Shown here piece after piece: positions 20,043-28,243 of a stretch of DNA of 64,000 bases. The translations under genes and the position numbers were made by a program. The stretch spans positions 2,255 to 66,254 of the forward strand of contig JBDRPF010000021.1 in assembly GCA_043827325.1 (NCBI GenBank), in the 5' to 3' direction. A model generated the notes under the pieces. It saw only the letters and a list, made by a program, of their open reading frames with translations, ran no database searches and was not told where the DNA came from. Numbering within the stretch: position 1 is the first letter of the stretch; every line of letters starts with the position of its first letter. The stretch is from Pseudomonadota bacterium (GTDB lineage Bacteria; Desulfobacterota; Desulfobacteria; Desulfobacterales; UBA11574).

Positions 20043-20231
20043 CTAAATAATGGAAATTTCTCCATTATGACATTCAAAATCCAACAGGCTCTGTATGCAT
20101 CGGTTCAAATCACACAAAACCGATTCCTCAAACTCAATCTCATTGCAAAAGCGACACGTTCTATGCAAAAGCGACACGGCTGATTTGACGCATTCCATGC
20201 ACTTTTGAGGCAGTTCATTTGAAGCGGGCAT
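20043..20231 (-). CDS. small Cys-rich (CxxC-x11-CxxC) putative zinc-ribbon protein
   Basis: 62 aa filling the gap between two same-strand genes, with CMEC...CRFC. Supported only by ORF position and cysteine pattern. Confidence 0.35.
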   Translation of the reverse strand: MPASNELPQKCMECVKSAVSLLHRTCRFCNEIEFEESVLCDLNRCIQSLLDFECHNGEISII

Positions 20232-20264
20232 CGTTGCCTTTCACTTTCTATCCTAAAACCATCC

Positions 20265-21269
20265 TTAGGAAAATTGTTTTCTCAGTACCTCAATGAAATA
20301 AGGCTCTAATTTGTCGATTTTGCTTATCAGATCGTCTGGGTTGTCGAGATACCCTTTTTCATGGAGAAACCGGTAAAACAGTTTTAACGCCGGCGGCCAG
20401 TAAACATATTCCAAGGGTTCGACCATCATCTTTCTTAAAAGAAAATCTTCAAAAAACTCAAGAAAATATATATCCGGTACCGATTTTAAAACAACGGTAT
20501 CATCATGCATATAACCATAGATAAAATCGAGATACGTCTGCAAACAAAAAGAAAAATTTTCGATACCTTCCTTTAAGCCTTTGGCAGTGAGCCATTTCTC
20601 AAATTGTTCCCTGCACTCGTCGTGCAGAGAAAATAAAAGATCTTCATAGGAAGAGTAATCGGCGTGGTTTTCGATGTAACCGTCCAATTTTTCAATTTTT
20701 TCTATTAAATCGAGATCTTCTTGTTCTGCCGGAAAAATCTTATTCGAAAGCGCCAGCCGATTATAATCAAAAGGCTTGATAAGAAAGTGGACCTCCTTCC
20801 GAATAAACATGAAAGGCGTACCGGGTTCAGGCTGTTTATCTTTAGGAAACAGGTAAGCATATCGATCCGTCATTTTGGTGAACAATGCAGCGGCTTCATC
20901 CTTTTTTAAGCTGTATGCCGAAGCTATCGATTTCAATATCTTGTTCTCGATCTTTTTGTCTTCTCTGCTTTCCTCGACGGAGATGGCATAGTTCCAAATT
21001 AACATAGCAACTTGCAAGTTATCATTAAGTTCATTCTCTTCATCTTTGGCAAATTTAAACAGCGGCTTGGCATATTCCATTATCGCCTGTGACATGGAAA
21101 TGGAGCGGAAACCTTCCGGTGCTCCCATATGCGGCAATCCGGGCCTTAGTATCGTCTTCGGCTGCGTTGCCGCCCCGGATTTTACAAGCCGCAAATTACG
21201 TTTCTTTTTGGTTTTTTCACGCGCCTTGGCGCGTCGCTTTGAAATATCTCTTTTCTTCTTTTTTGCCAT
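20265..21269 (-). CDS. hypothetical protein with highly basic N-terminus
   Basis: 334 aa. Starts MAKKKKRDISKRRAKAREKTKKKRNLRL. No motif recognised. AT-rich codon usage like its neighbours. Confidence 0.6.
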   Translation of the reverse strand: MAKKKKRDISKRRAKAREKTKKKRNLRLVKSGAATQPKTILRPGLPHMGAPEGFRSISMSQAIMEYAKPLFKFAKDEENELNDNLQVAMLIWNYAISVEESREDKKIENKILKSIASAYSLKKDEAAALFTKMTDRYAYLFPKDKQPEPGTPFMFIRKEVHFLIKPFDYNRLALSNKIFPAEQEDLDLIEKIEKLDGYIENHADYSSYEDLLFSLHDECREQFEKWLTAKGLKEGIENFSFCLQTYLDFIYGYMHDDTVVLKSVPDIYFLEFFEDFLLRKMMVEPLEYVYWPPALKLFYRFLHEKGYLDNPDDLISKIDKLEPYFIEVLRKQFS

Positions 21270-21358
21270 GCGCTATCTCATTTTATGCACCGCAATAATC
21301 AGCCGGTAACTTTGCTGAATCTATTCTTTTCGATCAACCAATAAAAACTTTTTGCTAT

Positions 21359-21787
21359 CTAAACAAGATATATTGTATCTGCCCTATCCTGACGTTTTAG
21401 AAATTCAATTTGTTCATCAATTGTCGAAAACCCGGTAAGATCCAATTCCTCAAACTCATCATGAGATGTATTCGTTTTTCTCATAACATTTTGAACAATT
21501 TCCTCCAATTGTTCTTTTGATATTTTGGGAACTCTGGTGATTGAACCTTTCTGTGGAACACCATTTTCGATCTTGAAATTATAGCTTACCATTTCCAACA
21601 TTGCATCGATCTTTTCCTTTGTTAAAATTCGATATTCAAAATGATAATGGCGCCCGGCCAATGGACGAAAATAATAAAATTTATACAGCCGTTCCCCTTG
21701 TTTTATTCGTATCAAAAAGTGATCCTGTTCAGGGATTGATTTTTTTGGCCTCATGTTTTTATGTTGCTTCTTCATATCAGATGCCAC
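21359..21787 (-). CDS. hypothetical protein
   Basis: 142 aa. No recognisable motif. Same strand and composition as the flanking island genes. Confidence 0.5.
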   Translation of the reverse strand: MASDMKKQHKNMRPKKSIPEQDHFLIRIKQGERLYKFYYFRPLAGRHYHFEYRILTKEKIDAMLEMVSYNFKIENGVPQKGSITRVPKISKEQLEEIVQNVMRKTNTSHDEFEELDLTGFSTIDEQIEFLKRQDRADTIYLV

Positions 21788-21924
21788 AGATAAAATCGAT
21801 TGACTCTCAAGTGGATTACGTCAAATTCCATGACAATTCGGCACATAATGCGTTCTCTTTTCCTTTCGCTTCCGTTTTGAGGCGTAGCCGCGCCTCGCTT
21901 TCCAGGTGACGTTTTAAGGCGCAC

Positions 21925-22092
21925 TGCGTCTCTTTTGGGAAGCGTTAAATAAAACTGGCGCATTTTGCGCGAGTTAGCCGCATCAAATCCTTTACCAAAA
22001 TCTTATGTTAGTCGCTTAGAAAGTTCAGTAATCAACGCCCTGCAATATTCTGCCCGATCCTTGCCCTGCTGCTCTTCCTCGACGATCGCGAT
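21925..22092 (-). pseudogene. remnant of a DUF1016/YhcG-type PDDEXK nuclease gene (N-terminal fragment with in-frame TAA)
   Basis: The minus-strand translation reads IAIVEEEQQGKDRAEYCRALITELSKRLT*DFGKGFDAANSRKMRQFYLTLPK. This resembles the DUF1016 N-terminal signature (EQ.G..RAEYG..L...LS..L...FGKGFS..NL..MRQFYL.FP). The remainder is missing or unrecognisable. Confidence 0.5.
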
Positions 22093-22129
22093 TCAAGAAA
22101 TACATGTGTTTAGAAATTTGAACTTGAAA

Positions 22130-22822
22130 TTACAGCGGTAGCCAAAGGTGTGCTACCGATATCGGACAAGCGTGTCCACGGCTTTCCGGCCACTCAAAAT
22201 CCCTGTTATGAGTTGAACAGTAGATCGTATATTTATCAACCGAAGAATGGTTAGTCGTCTTCATGGCGGCGCTCTTTTTACCATCGAGAACAGACGCAAG
22301 TTTCCTAAATGAATTATGACCCTTTACATACCCGACCATCAGGGCCTCCTGCATGGCCCAAGCATAGTTGCCGTTAACGAACCGTATCAGGCCTTTTTTG
22401 CAGTAGCAGGACAAAATCGGGTGGTTACGGTCCACGGGTTTACATTCCACAAAGAGGCCATCCTGGTCGCTAAGAATCGGCAGTTGATCCCGTTTTAGAT
22501 CGAAGAATATATCAGGCATCTTGTCGGGGTGTTTCTTGTCTACGTTTGTAATCTTTGGCTCCCGGATCACCTTGCCGAACGAAGCACAATTGAAGCCATT
22601 AACGTCACCGCTTTTTCGCAAACGATTTTCAATGATTTCAACCAGCACCTGGGTAATGGCATCTTCATTTGCGGATTGTAGAATAAAGTTTGAAGGTGGC
22701 ATTGTTTCAAGTAACTGCCAGGCCCTGTTGATGACTTTGCAAAGAAGCAGGACGGTACGTTGTGGGATTTGCGGGTGGGGTAACGTGTACTCTATGCCGT
22801 GCTTAAAAAAGCCGACCGCCAT
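22130..22822 (-). CDS. putative PD-(D/E)xK restriction-endonuclease-like protein
   Basis: 230 aa. Candidate catalytic motif KMPDIFFDL...(20 aa)...LFVECKPVD (PD...ExK). Its start ATG shares one base with the TGA stop of the upstream methyltransferase. Confidence 0.55.
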   Translation of the reverse strand: MAVGFFKHGIEYTLPHPQIPQRTVLLLCKVINRAWQLLETMPPSNFILQSANEDAITQVLVEIIENRLRKSGDVNGFNCASFGKVIREPKITNVDKKHPDKMPDIFFDLKRDQLPILSDQDGLFVECKPVDRNHPILSCYCKKGLIRFVNGNYAWAMQEALMVGYVKGHNSFRKLASVLDGKKSAAMKTTNHSSVDKYTIYCSTHNRDFEWPESRGHACPISVAHLWLPL

Positions 22823-25800
22823 CAGCTTTTCCTCATGGGGAACGCATCAAGATGATGGCGCAGAATATCTAAAGCGCACAGACGGGCGCGACTTAACGTC
22901 CAATACCGATATTGGCCAGTGATTCCCACGAGCAAACGCCCCTTTTCGTGAACAACGACTCGGCTGCAACCTGTTTTATTGGCTGCTTCGGTGATTTGAG
23001 AAATCAGTCTTTTCTGTATTGATTGGGTTAGACTTGCGGAAGTGGCGTTTGAAGAAACTGCAAAGAAATGCCATGGCGAATGAATATCCTGCCTTGCAAT
23101 CTCAACCTCATCGACCGATAATTTTTCATTCGTAATGTCGAAAGATGGGGCTATTAACCGCTGAAGTTCAACATAAAAATCTTTGCGTTCAGTCTTTAAG
23201 GGGGGCGCATTTGCACGATCCTTAGCTTCTTTAAAGGGCTCGGCCACTTCAAGTGTGTCTTTCACAACCTGTCGGTCATACTTATCCAGACCGTAGAGAT
23301 CAAAAATGAAGTCATTGATTTCCTTCCAAGGTTTCTTAAGCGCTGTTTCAAGCTGACCGGAAAGTTTTACGGCGCGTTGTCGTTGCCGCTTGGACAACAG
23401 ATCAATTGACGGAAACGGAAAATTCTCAACACTCGTTTTGAGAAAAGTTCTTCGCTCTGCTCCCATTTTTGAACTCGTCATCAGCACATGATACCTGAAC
23501 AGTTCAGTATGAGTGATCAGATGAAGCAGTGCCATGACCGAATCTGGCTCCCTGCTTCCGTGAGCAGAAAATCCGTAATAACTTGAAGGAAAAACTGCTT
23601 TTTCCCTCACTATCCATGATTTGGGAGAAAACGGTGAACGCCCGGGTGATTCCGGCACAACAAGTAGTGGCGGAGCGTACAGTTCAGGGTCTCGTGGCCT
23701 ATGGGCAGTGGATCGCCCGAATTCGAGAAGCGAGGACACATCAACTGAAAAGCCGCCATCTTCGGGAGGTGCGAAATTGGACAACTCGCGCATGAAAGAT
23801 GCATCATTCTGATCCTGTTTTGGCGAAAGAATGTACCCCACTCCAGAGTACAATCCCTGGCTTTTCCAATACGACTCAACAGCAGGCCACTCCAACTCAT
23901 CAAGTTTACGGACCACTTCCACATCAAGAGCAGTTCCCACCGCCAGCGTCTTCAGCAGCCGTGAATCCTTAGCAGCCTCGGTGGCAGCTACCGGTTGGGC
24001 AGACTGATAATCAATGCGGAGGCGCCCTTTATCATTCAGGTGCTTTTCAAAATGTGGTGTAACAAAATGAAAATGGTGATCGGCGGCAGGCACACGATTG
24101 CGTGCGAAAAACAGCATGAAAGCTTCATTCATATCCGGCCATACTGCACTATCCGACAAGTTGGATCCATTCAATATCCCTGTGATTTCGACCCCCTGTA
24201 GTATAGCATTAAACGCACGGGTTCCGGGTCCAGATTGCTTGAGAAAAATCCGCCCGGGTAATGCCATGGCGATAATGCCTCCCGGTTTGGTCCACTGAGT
24301 CGATCTCCACAAAAAAGGAAGGTCCGGATTATTGTCAGGGTTGCGGTAAGTATGTGCAATTTCTTTAAGGCCACGGCTTGTCAGGATCTGACGTGTCAAC
24401 TCGGTAAAAACAGCATTGTGTTGCTTTCGTTCTTTCTTGTCCCCCTTTAGGCTTGTCCATGGTGGATTTCCGATGACCACGTCAAAGCAGCCATTAAAGT
24501 CTTTGGAAAGTTCCGGACTCAAGCTGCCCAGCACAAAACCCCTGGTCGTCTGCTCTTCAGTTCGCCTGTGGTTATGCAGCACGATGCCTTGGAGCGGCTC
24601 CAGAAACCTCAGGCTTTCGGGAGGTCTAGGTGATTCATTAAGTTCGATGGCGGTAATGTAAAGCGATAATGCTGCCAGGCGCAGGGCGGACTCGCTGACA
24701 TCGAAACCACAAAGCTGATTGTAAAGAATGTACTGAATTGCCTTTGTGTCAGGCCACTTACCATCGTGTTCCCAGCGGGCTGCAAAAAGCTTCCTGAATG
24801 TCAGAACAAGAAAAATCCCGGCCCCGCAACTTGGATCCAGAATTTGGGCATTTTTCTTGTCGGCGACGCCTTCAAATGCGTCGTCCACGAGGTATCGAGC
24901 AATGTTCTTAGGTGTATAATACGCACTTGTTTGCTCTCTTTGTTGAGAATCCCAAATTTTGCTGAAATTCTCATACACCTGGCTGAGCACGCCGATAGGA
25001 ATATGTGCAAAATCAAGATCGCCCCAATCGATCGTCAGTTGAAACGCATTTTTTCCTGCATGCTTCCATCCCTTAAGAATAGCCAATAGGTGGTGAAATA
25101 ATTTACCGTTCGTCTGTTCATCAGCCTGCCTGAATACGTCTGTATAGTCACAGGAGAAGGGAAGTAAGTCGCCGTTGAAGGTTTCGTCAAGCCACCGGCA
25201 TGTCTCAACGGAGTTCTCAATATTTCGAAAGCAGTCTTCAAGCAATCTTGCTTTAGGACACACGGAAGGTAGCTCGCTCGACCGGACTATCTCGCGATCC
25301 CACAGAAAACGGAAAAACAGCGCCCGGCCAAGGAATGATAGAACATCCATAGGATTCAGGCTGAATTTGTCTATGAGGATTTCCGAGGATCTTGTCATCA
25401 GGTCAAGAATTGCCTTGAATACATGGTCAGGAGTCTCAGGCTGGCCTTCCAAGGTGAAAACACCATTCACGACACTCTGAAAAAACAGTGGAGCTTCAGG
25501 AGAATTCTTTTTGATCGTCCTCTTACGGCTGTTAACCAGAACGGAACGGTCCAAGTTGACTGGATATACATTCAACTCACCCGGACTCAAGATACCGAGA
25601 TATGCCCTCTCTCCCCGGTTGGCCAGCAGGCACTGAAAATCCAACCTTCTATTATTGTCAATATCCCGTATCTGATCGCCCGATACAATGTAAAGCAGAG
25701 GTCTAGACTGGAATTCAGCGACCGCATTAACTTTCAGGTTCTTTCGCCCGGATACCTTCAATAGATCAAGGTATTCCAAATGCCTGGGGGTTGGCTCACC

Positions 25801-25857
25801 GTCAAGCTGCACGACATCGTGACATCCAAAGACTTTGACCGTGTTTACAACATTCAT
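22822..25857 (-). CDS. large gamma-class N6-adenine DNA methyltransferase (Eco57I/type IIG-like architecture, about 1011 aa)
   Basis: Motifs YYTPKNIARYLVD, ILDPSCGAGIFL (SAM binding, motif I) and VIGNPPW (motif IV). About 300 aa lie N-terminal and about 500 aa C-terminal (TRD-like). The track start is a TTG at 25863. The ATG at 25857 forms an ATGA overlap with the lexA stop. Confidence 0.85.
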   Translation of the reverse strand: MNVVNTVKVFGCHDVVQLDGEPTPRHLEYLDLLKVSGRKNLKVNAVAEFQSRPLLYIVSGDQIRDIDNNRRLDFQCLLANRGERAYLGILSPGELNVYPVNLDRSVLVNSRKRTIKKNSPEAPLFFQSVVNGVFTLEGQPETPDHVFKAILDLMTRSSEILIDKFSLNPMDVLSFLGRALFFRFLWDREIVRSSELPSVCPKARLLEDCFRNIENSVETCRWLDETFNGDLLPFSCDYTDVFRQADEQTNGKLFHHLLAILKGWKHAGKNAFQLTIDWGDLDFAHIPIGVLSQVYENFSKIWDSQQREQTSAYYTPKNIARYLVDDAFEGVADKKNAQILDPSCGAGIFLVLTFRKLFAARWEHDGKWPDTKAIQYILYNQLCGFDVSESALRLAALSLYITAIELNESPRPPESLRFLEPLQGIVLHNHRRTEEQTTRGFVLGSLSPELSKDFNGCFDVVIGNPPWTSLKGDKKERKQHNAVFTELTRQILTSRGLKEIAHTYRNPDNNPDLPFLWRSTQWTKPGGIIAMALPGRIFLKQSGPGTRAFNAILQGVEITGILNGSNLSDSAVWPDMNEAFMLFFARNRVPAADHHFHFVTPHFEKHLNDKGRLRIDYQSAQPVAATEAAKDSRLLKTLAVGTALDVEVVRKLDELEWPAVESYWKSQGLYSGVGYILSPKQDQNDASFMRELSNFAPPEDGGFSVDVSSLLEFGRSTAHRPRDPELYAPPLLVVPESPGRSPFSPKSWIVREKAVFPSSYYGFSAHGSREPDSVMALLHLITHTELFRYHVLMTSSKMGAERRTFLKTSVENFPFPSIDLLSKRQRQRAVKLSGQLETALKKPWKEINDFIFDLYGLDKYDRQVVKDTLEVAEPFKEAKDRANAPPLKTERKDFYVELQRLIAPSFDITNEKLSVDEVEIARQDIHSPWHFFAVSSNATSASLTQSIQKRLISQITEAANKTGCSRVVVHEKGRLLVGITGQYRYWTLSRARLCALDILRHHLDAFPMRKS

Positions 25858-26537
25858 GAGCAATACCTGTTATTCCCGGTTCGAACAATTCCCCGGTAGC
25901 GCCCAAGAATACGAATAAGATCGCTCTTGCCCGCAGCATACTTGAGGTCTTCAAAGACAGGGTTTTCGGATTTAAGTACAAGCGACCCAGACGACAAATA
26001 GACTCGTTTCAATGTAACTGCCTGCTCAATAAGAACAGCGGCTATTTCCCCGTTCTCAACACAATCCCGTCTCTGTATGACAGCAATATCACCGTTTTTG
26101 ATTCCTGCTCCTGTCATACTGTCACCAAGCACATGGAGCGCAAAAAGTTCACCTCCACCAAACAAAGAAGGAGGAATGGGCAGATGGTCTTCAAAATTCT
26201 GTTCTGCCCATATCGGGACTCCCGCTGCAATACTACCGAGTAAAGGGATAAGGTTTTCCTGCTGCCTGAAAATCGGTACAGGTAACGACACCAACTGGAT
26301 TCCACGAGCTTTCCCGCAATTTAGGCGGATATAGCCTTTTTTTTCGATCAGCGCAAGGTGGCTTCGCACAGCATTGGGGCTGACAAACTCAAAGTGGTCA
26401 CGTATTTCCTCCTGTGTGGGCGGGTAACCATTTTCCATCTGCCATCCGCGGATGAATTCATAAATCTTAGATTGTTTGTCTGTCAAACTCTTCACGATAG
26501 CCCCGCACGTTCCTTTAAATACTGCTATATTAAACAC
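25854..26537 (-). CDS. lexA: LexA repressor (S24 autopeptidase)
   Basis: LexA wHTH (LTDKQSKIYEFIRGWQMENGYPPTQEEI), Ala-Gly cleavage site (GSIAAGVP), Ser (LGDSM) and Lys (VTLKR). The track start (GTG at 26537) lies inside the operator. The probable start is the GTG at 26495, giving 213 aa. Confidence 0.88.
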   Translation of the reverse strand: MFNIAVFKGTCGAIVKSLTDKQSKIYEFIRGWQMENGYPPTQEEIRDHFEFVSPNAVRSHLALIEKKGYIRLNCGKARGIQLVSLPVPIFRQQENLIPLLGSIAAGVPIWAEQNFEDHLPIPPSLFGGGELFALHVLGDSMTGAGIKNGDIAVIQRRDCVENGEIAAVLIEQAVTLKRVYLSSGSLVLKSENPVFEDLKYAAGKSDLIRILGRYRGIVRTGNNRYCS

Positions 26538-26553
26538 TGTTATAATATACAGT
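26536..26553. promoter_or_regulatory. SOS box (LexA operator), CTGT-N8-ACAG type
   Basis: Perfect 18-bp palindrome ACTGTTATAATATACAGT about 40 nt upstream of the probable lexA start. It contains TATAAT-like hexamers. Confidence 0.75.
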
Positions 26554-26678
26554 ACTCAAAAAATGCAAGACTTTTTTCAACCTATTTCCCCTTAAGCTCA
26601 CGGATCGTGCATTGTTCAAAAAGAACAGTAAAATATTGGAGTCACAATTTACTATACTTACTTAATTCCCAATCGCTT

Positions 26679-27758
26679 TTATGCGGTCCACTGAAACTTG
26701 TGTTTAAGCTTGTTGAAATAGTTCCATTTTTCGGTCAGATGCTGGAAGCGTCCTACGACAATTCCCGGGGAAATCTCAAGCTCATCCGCCAGGCGGATTA
26801 CATCTGCTTTGGCCCGAAATACGGCAATTTCCGGATCTCGATCACGAGGGATTAGAATTTCGGCGGCAAACTCATTGGCTTTGTGTTCACGCGGATCATC
26901 TATACTGCCGTCGTTGATATAAAGATCCTTCTTGCTGTCGTAAAGAACATGGCCGGCTTCGTGAAAAAAAGAAAACCAGAACTGATCCTCCATTTTGCCG
27001 CGAAGATTAAGTAGAATCATTGCCTTGGACGCAGACTGCCATTTTGTTGCTCCATGCCAGGGTACTTTTTTCATTTCCGGAACCAGCGCCAGGGCAACAC
27101 CGGAATCTGCGCAAAGCTGAATGGTTTCGGGAATAAATACCTCTGGATCCTTGACTGTCAGCAAGCGAATCTTTTTTAAGGCCCGGATGAAAGTATTTTT
27201 ATCAAAAGGCAGACAATCAATCTGGTGGGCCTGGATTTCTCCCAATCTGATCCAGGCGGATGCCGGACCGGGGCGGGTCTCAAAACACTGCGAGCGCCGC
27301 GCTGCTACGGCCGGCTTTGCCCAGATATCTCTCCACGCCGACACACTGCTCAACCCATAGAACTTTAATGTCTCTCTTAAAAGAAGCACTCTGTCCTTTT
27401 GGGGCTCAATCGCGTTGCGCTGGATAAGTTCTTGGGTGGGGATCGTCTTCAACCAGTCGAGATCGGTTTTAAGATCCTTTCGTTCCTTCGTTTTTGCCAA
27501 CTGCTCCCGGTATTGGGCCTCCAGATTGTTCCACATACGCGCCGGAACACCTGTGGCCAATTCAAGCTTGTTGGCGGTTTCATAGGAGATGGGCTGACCC
27601 CCTTTGAAAATACGATTGAGCGTCTGGACTGTCAGACCGGTGCGAACGGCCAGTTCTTTCTGAGACATATTCAGCGACTCCATAACCCCCTTGAGCGTTT
27701 CTCCAGGAGGAATCGCGTAATCAGGCTCAAACCCGTAGTTTTTTTTTGCCTTCAACAT
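26679..27758 (-). CDS. HTH (XRE)-ImmA/IrrE metallopeptidase fusion, HigA-position antitoxin
   Basis: 359 aa. N-terminal HTH (MSQKELAVRTGLTVQTLNRIF) and C-terminal zinc-peptidase motif FFHEAGHVLYD (HExxH). Lies directly downstream of higB. Confidence 0.8.
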   Translation of the reverse strand: MLKAKKNYGFEPDYAIPPGETLKGVMESLNMSQKELAVRTGLTVQTLNRIFKGGQPISYETANKLELATGVPARMWNNLEAQYREQLAKTKERKDLKTDLDWLKTIPTQELIQRNAIEPQKDRVLLLRETLKFYGLSSVSAWRDIWAKPAVAARRSQCFETRPGPASAWIRLGEIQAHQIDCLPFDKNTFIRALKKIRLLTVKDPEVFIPETIQLCADSGVALALVPEMKKVPWHGATKWQSASKAMILLNLRGKMEDQFWFSFFHEAGHVLYDSKKDLYINDGSIDDPREHKANEFAAEILIPRDRDPEIAVFRAKADVIRLADELEISPGIVVGRFQHLTEKWNYFNKLKHKFQWTA

Positions 27759-27775
27759 AATATTTGCTCCCCTGG

Positions 27776-28111
27776 TTAATGTGTGTCGATAACCTCAACG
27801 ATTTCAATTTCAGTGATGTTTGACCAATCCAGTCCGCCGTCTTGGGTAACCGGTATCGGATCATCTGCAGGAATAAACAGAAGCCGATACGGATGTTCGA
27901 GGTCGACGGACAACTGTCCATCACGATCCCCTGACAAGGAGTGGCATCGCGGGGGCGGTACTTTCGAAATGTCAGCCAAACAGAATGCGGCTTTTAATTC
28001 CATCAATCGTTGCTGCAGTTTCCGGGCCATCTTCGGCCCGAGTTTTTTGATGGCTTCGTTTGTATTGTTGCAGATTTTCTGCAACCTTTTTGTTCTAAAG
28101 TATATTACCAT
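27776..28111 (-). CDS. higB: HigB-like (plasmid maintenance system killer, RelE/ParE superfamily) toxin
   Basis: 111 aa. The pattern FRTKRLQKICNN...LQQRLMELKAA...HSLSGDRDGQLSVDL..PYRLLF is typical of HigB/killer proteins. Confidence 0.8.
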   Translation of the reverse strand: MVIYFRTKRLQKICNNTNEAIKKLGPKMARKLQQRLMELKAAFCLADISKVPPPRCHSLSGDRDGQLSVDLEHPYRLLFIPADDPIPVTQDGGLDWSNITEIEIVEVIDTH

Positions 28112-28135
28112 AGCTAACGAATTGCAACAAAAAAG

Positions 28136-28152
28136 TTAACACAACGTGTTAA
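28136..28152. promoter_or_regulatory. palindromic candidate operator upstream of higB
   Basis: TTAACAC-AAC-GTGTTAA: perfect 7-bp arms, 25-41 nt upstream of the higB ATG (28111). Confidence 0.5.
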
Positions 28153-28243
28153 TGTTTTTAGTTGAGTTATATGCCTTAAATGATACCCTAAACTGTCGAG
28201 TGAGCTTAAAAGCATGCATTATATACAATTTCGGTAAAGACGA

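Noticed and set aside
26613-26627. TGTTC-N5-GAACA palindrome between higA-like and lexA, considered as a second LexA (Cheo-type) box.
   Set aside because: The half-site order is reversed relative to GAAC-N4-GTTC, and the spacing differs. It does not resemble the CTGT-N8-ACAG site 60 nt away. It may be a weak terminator or nothing.
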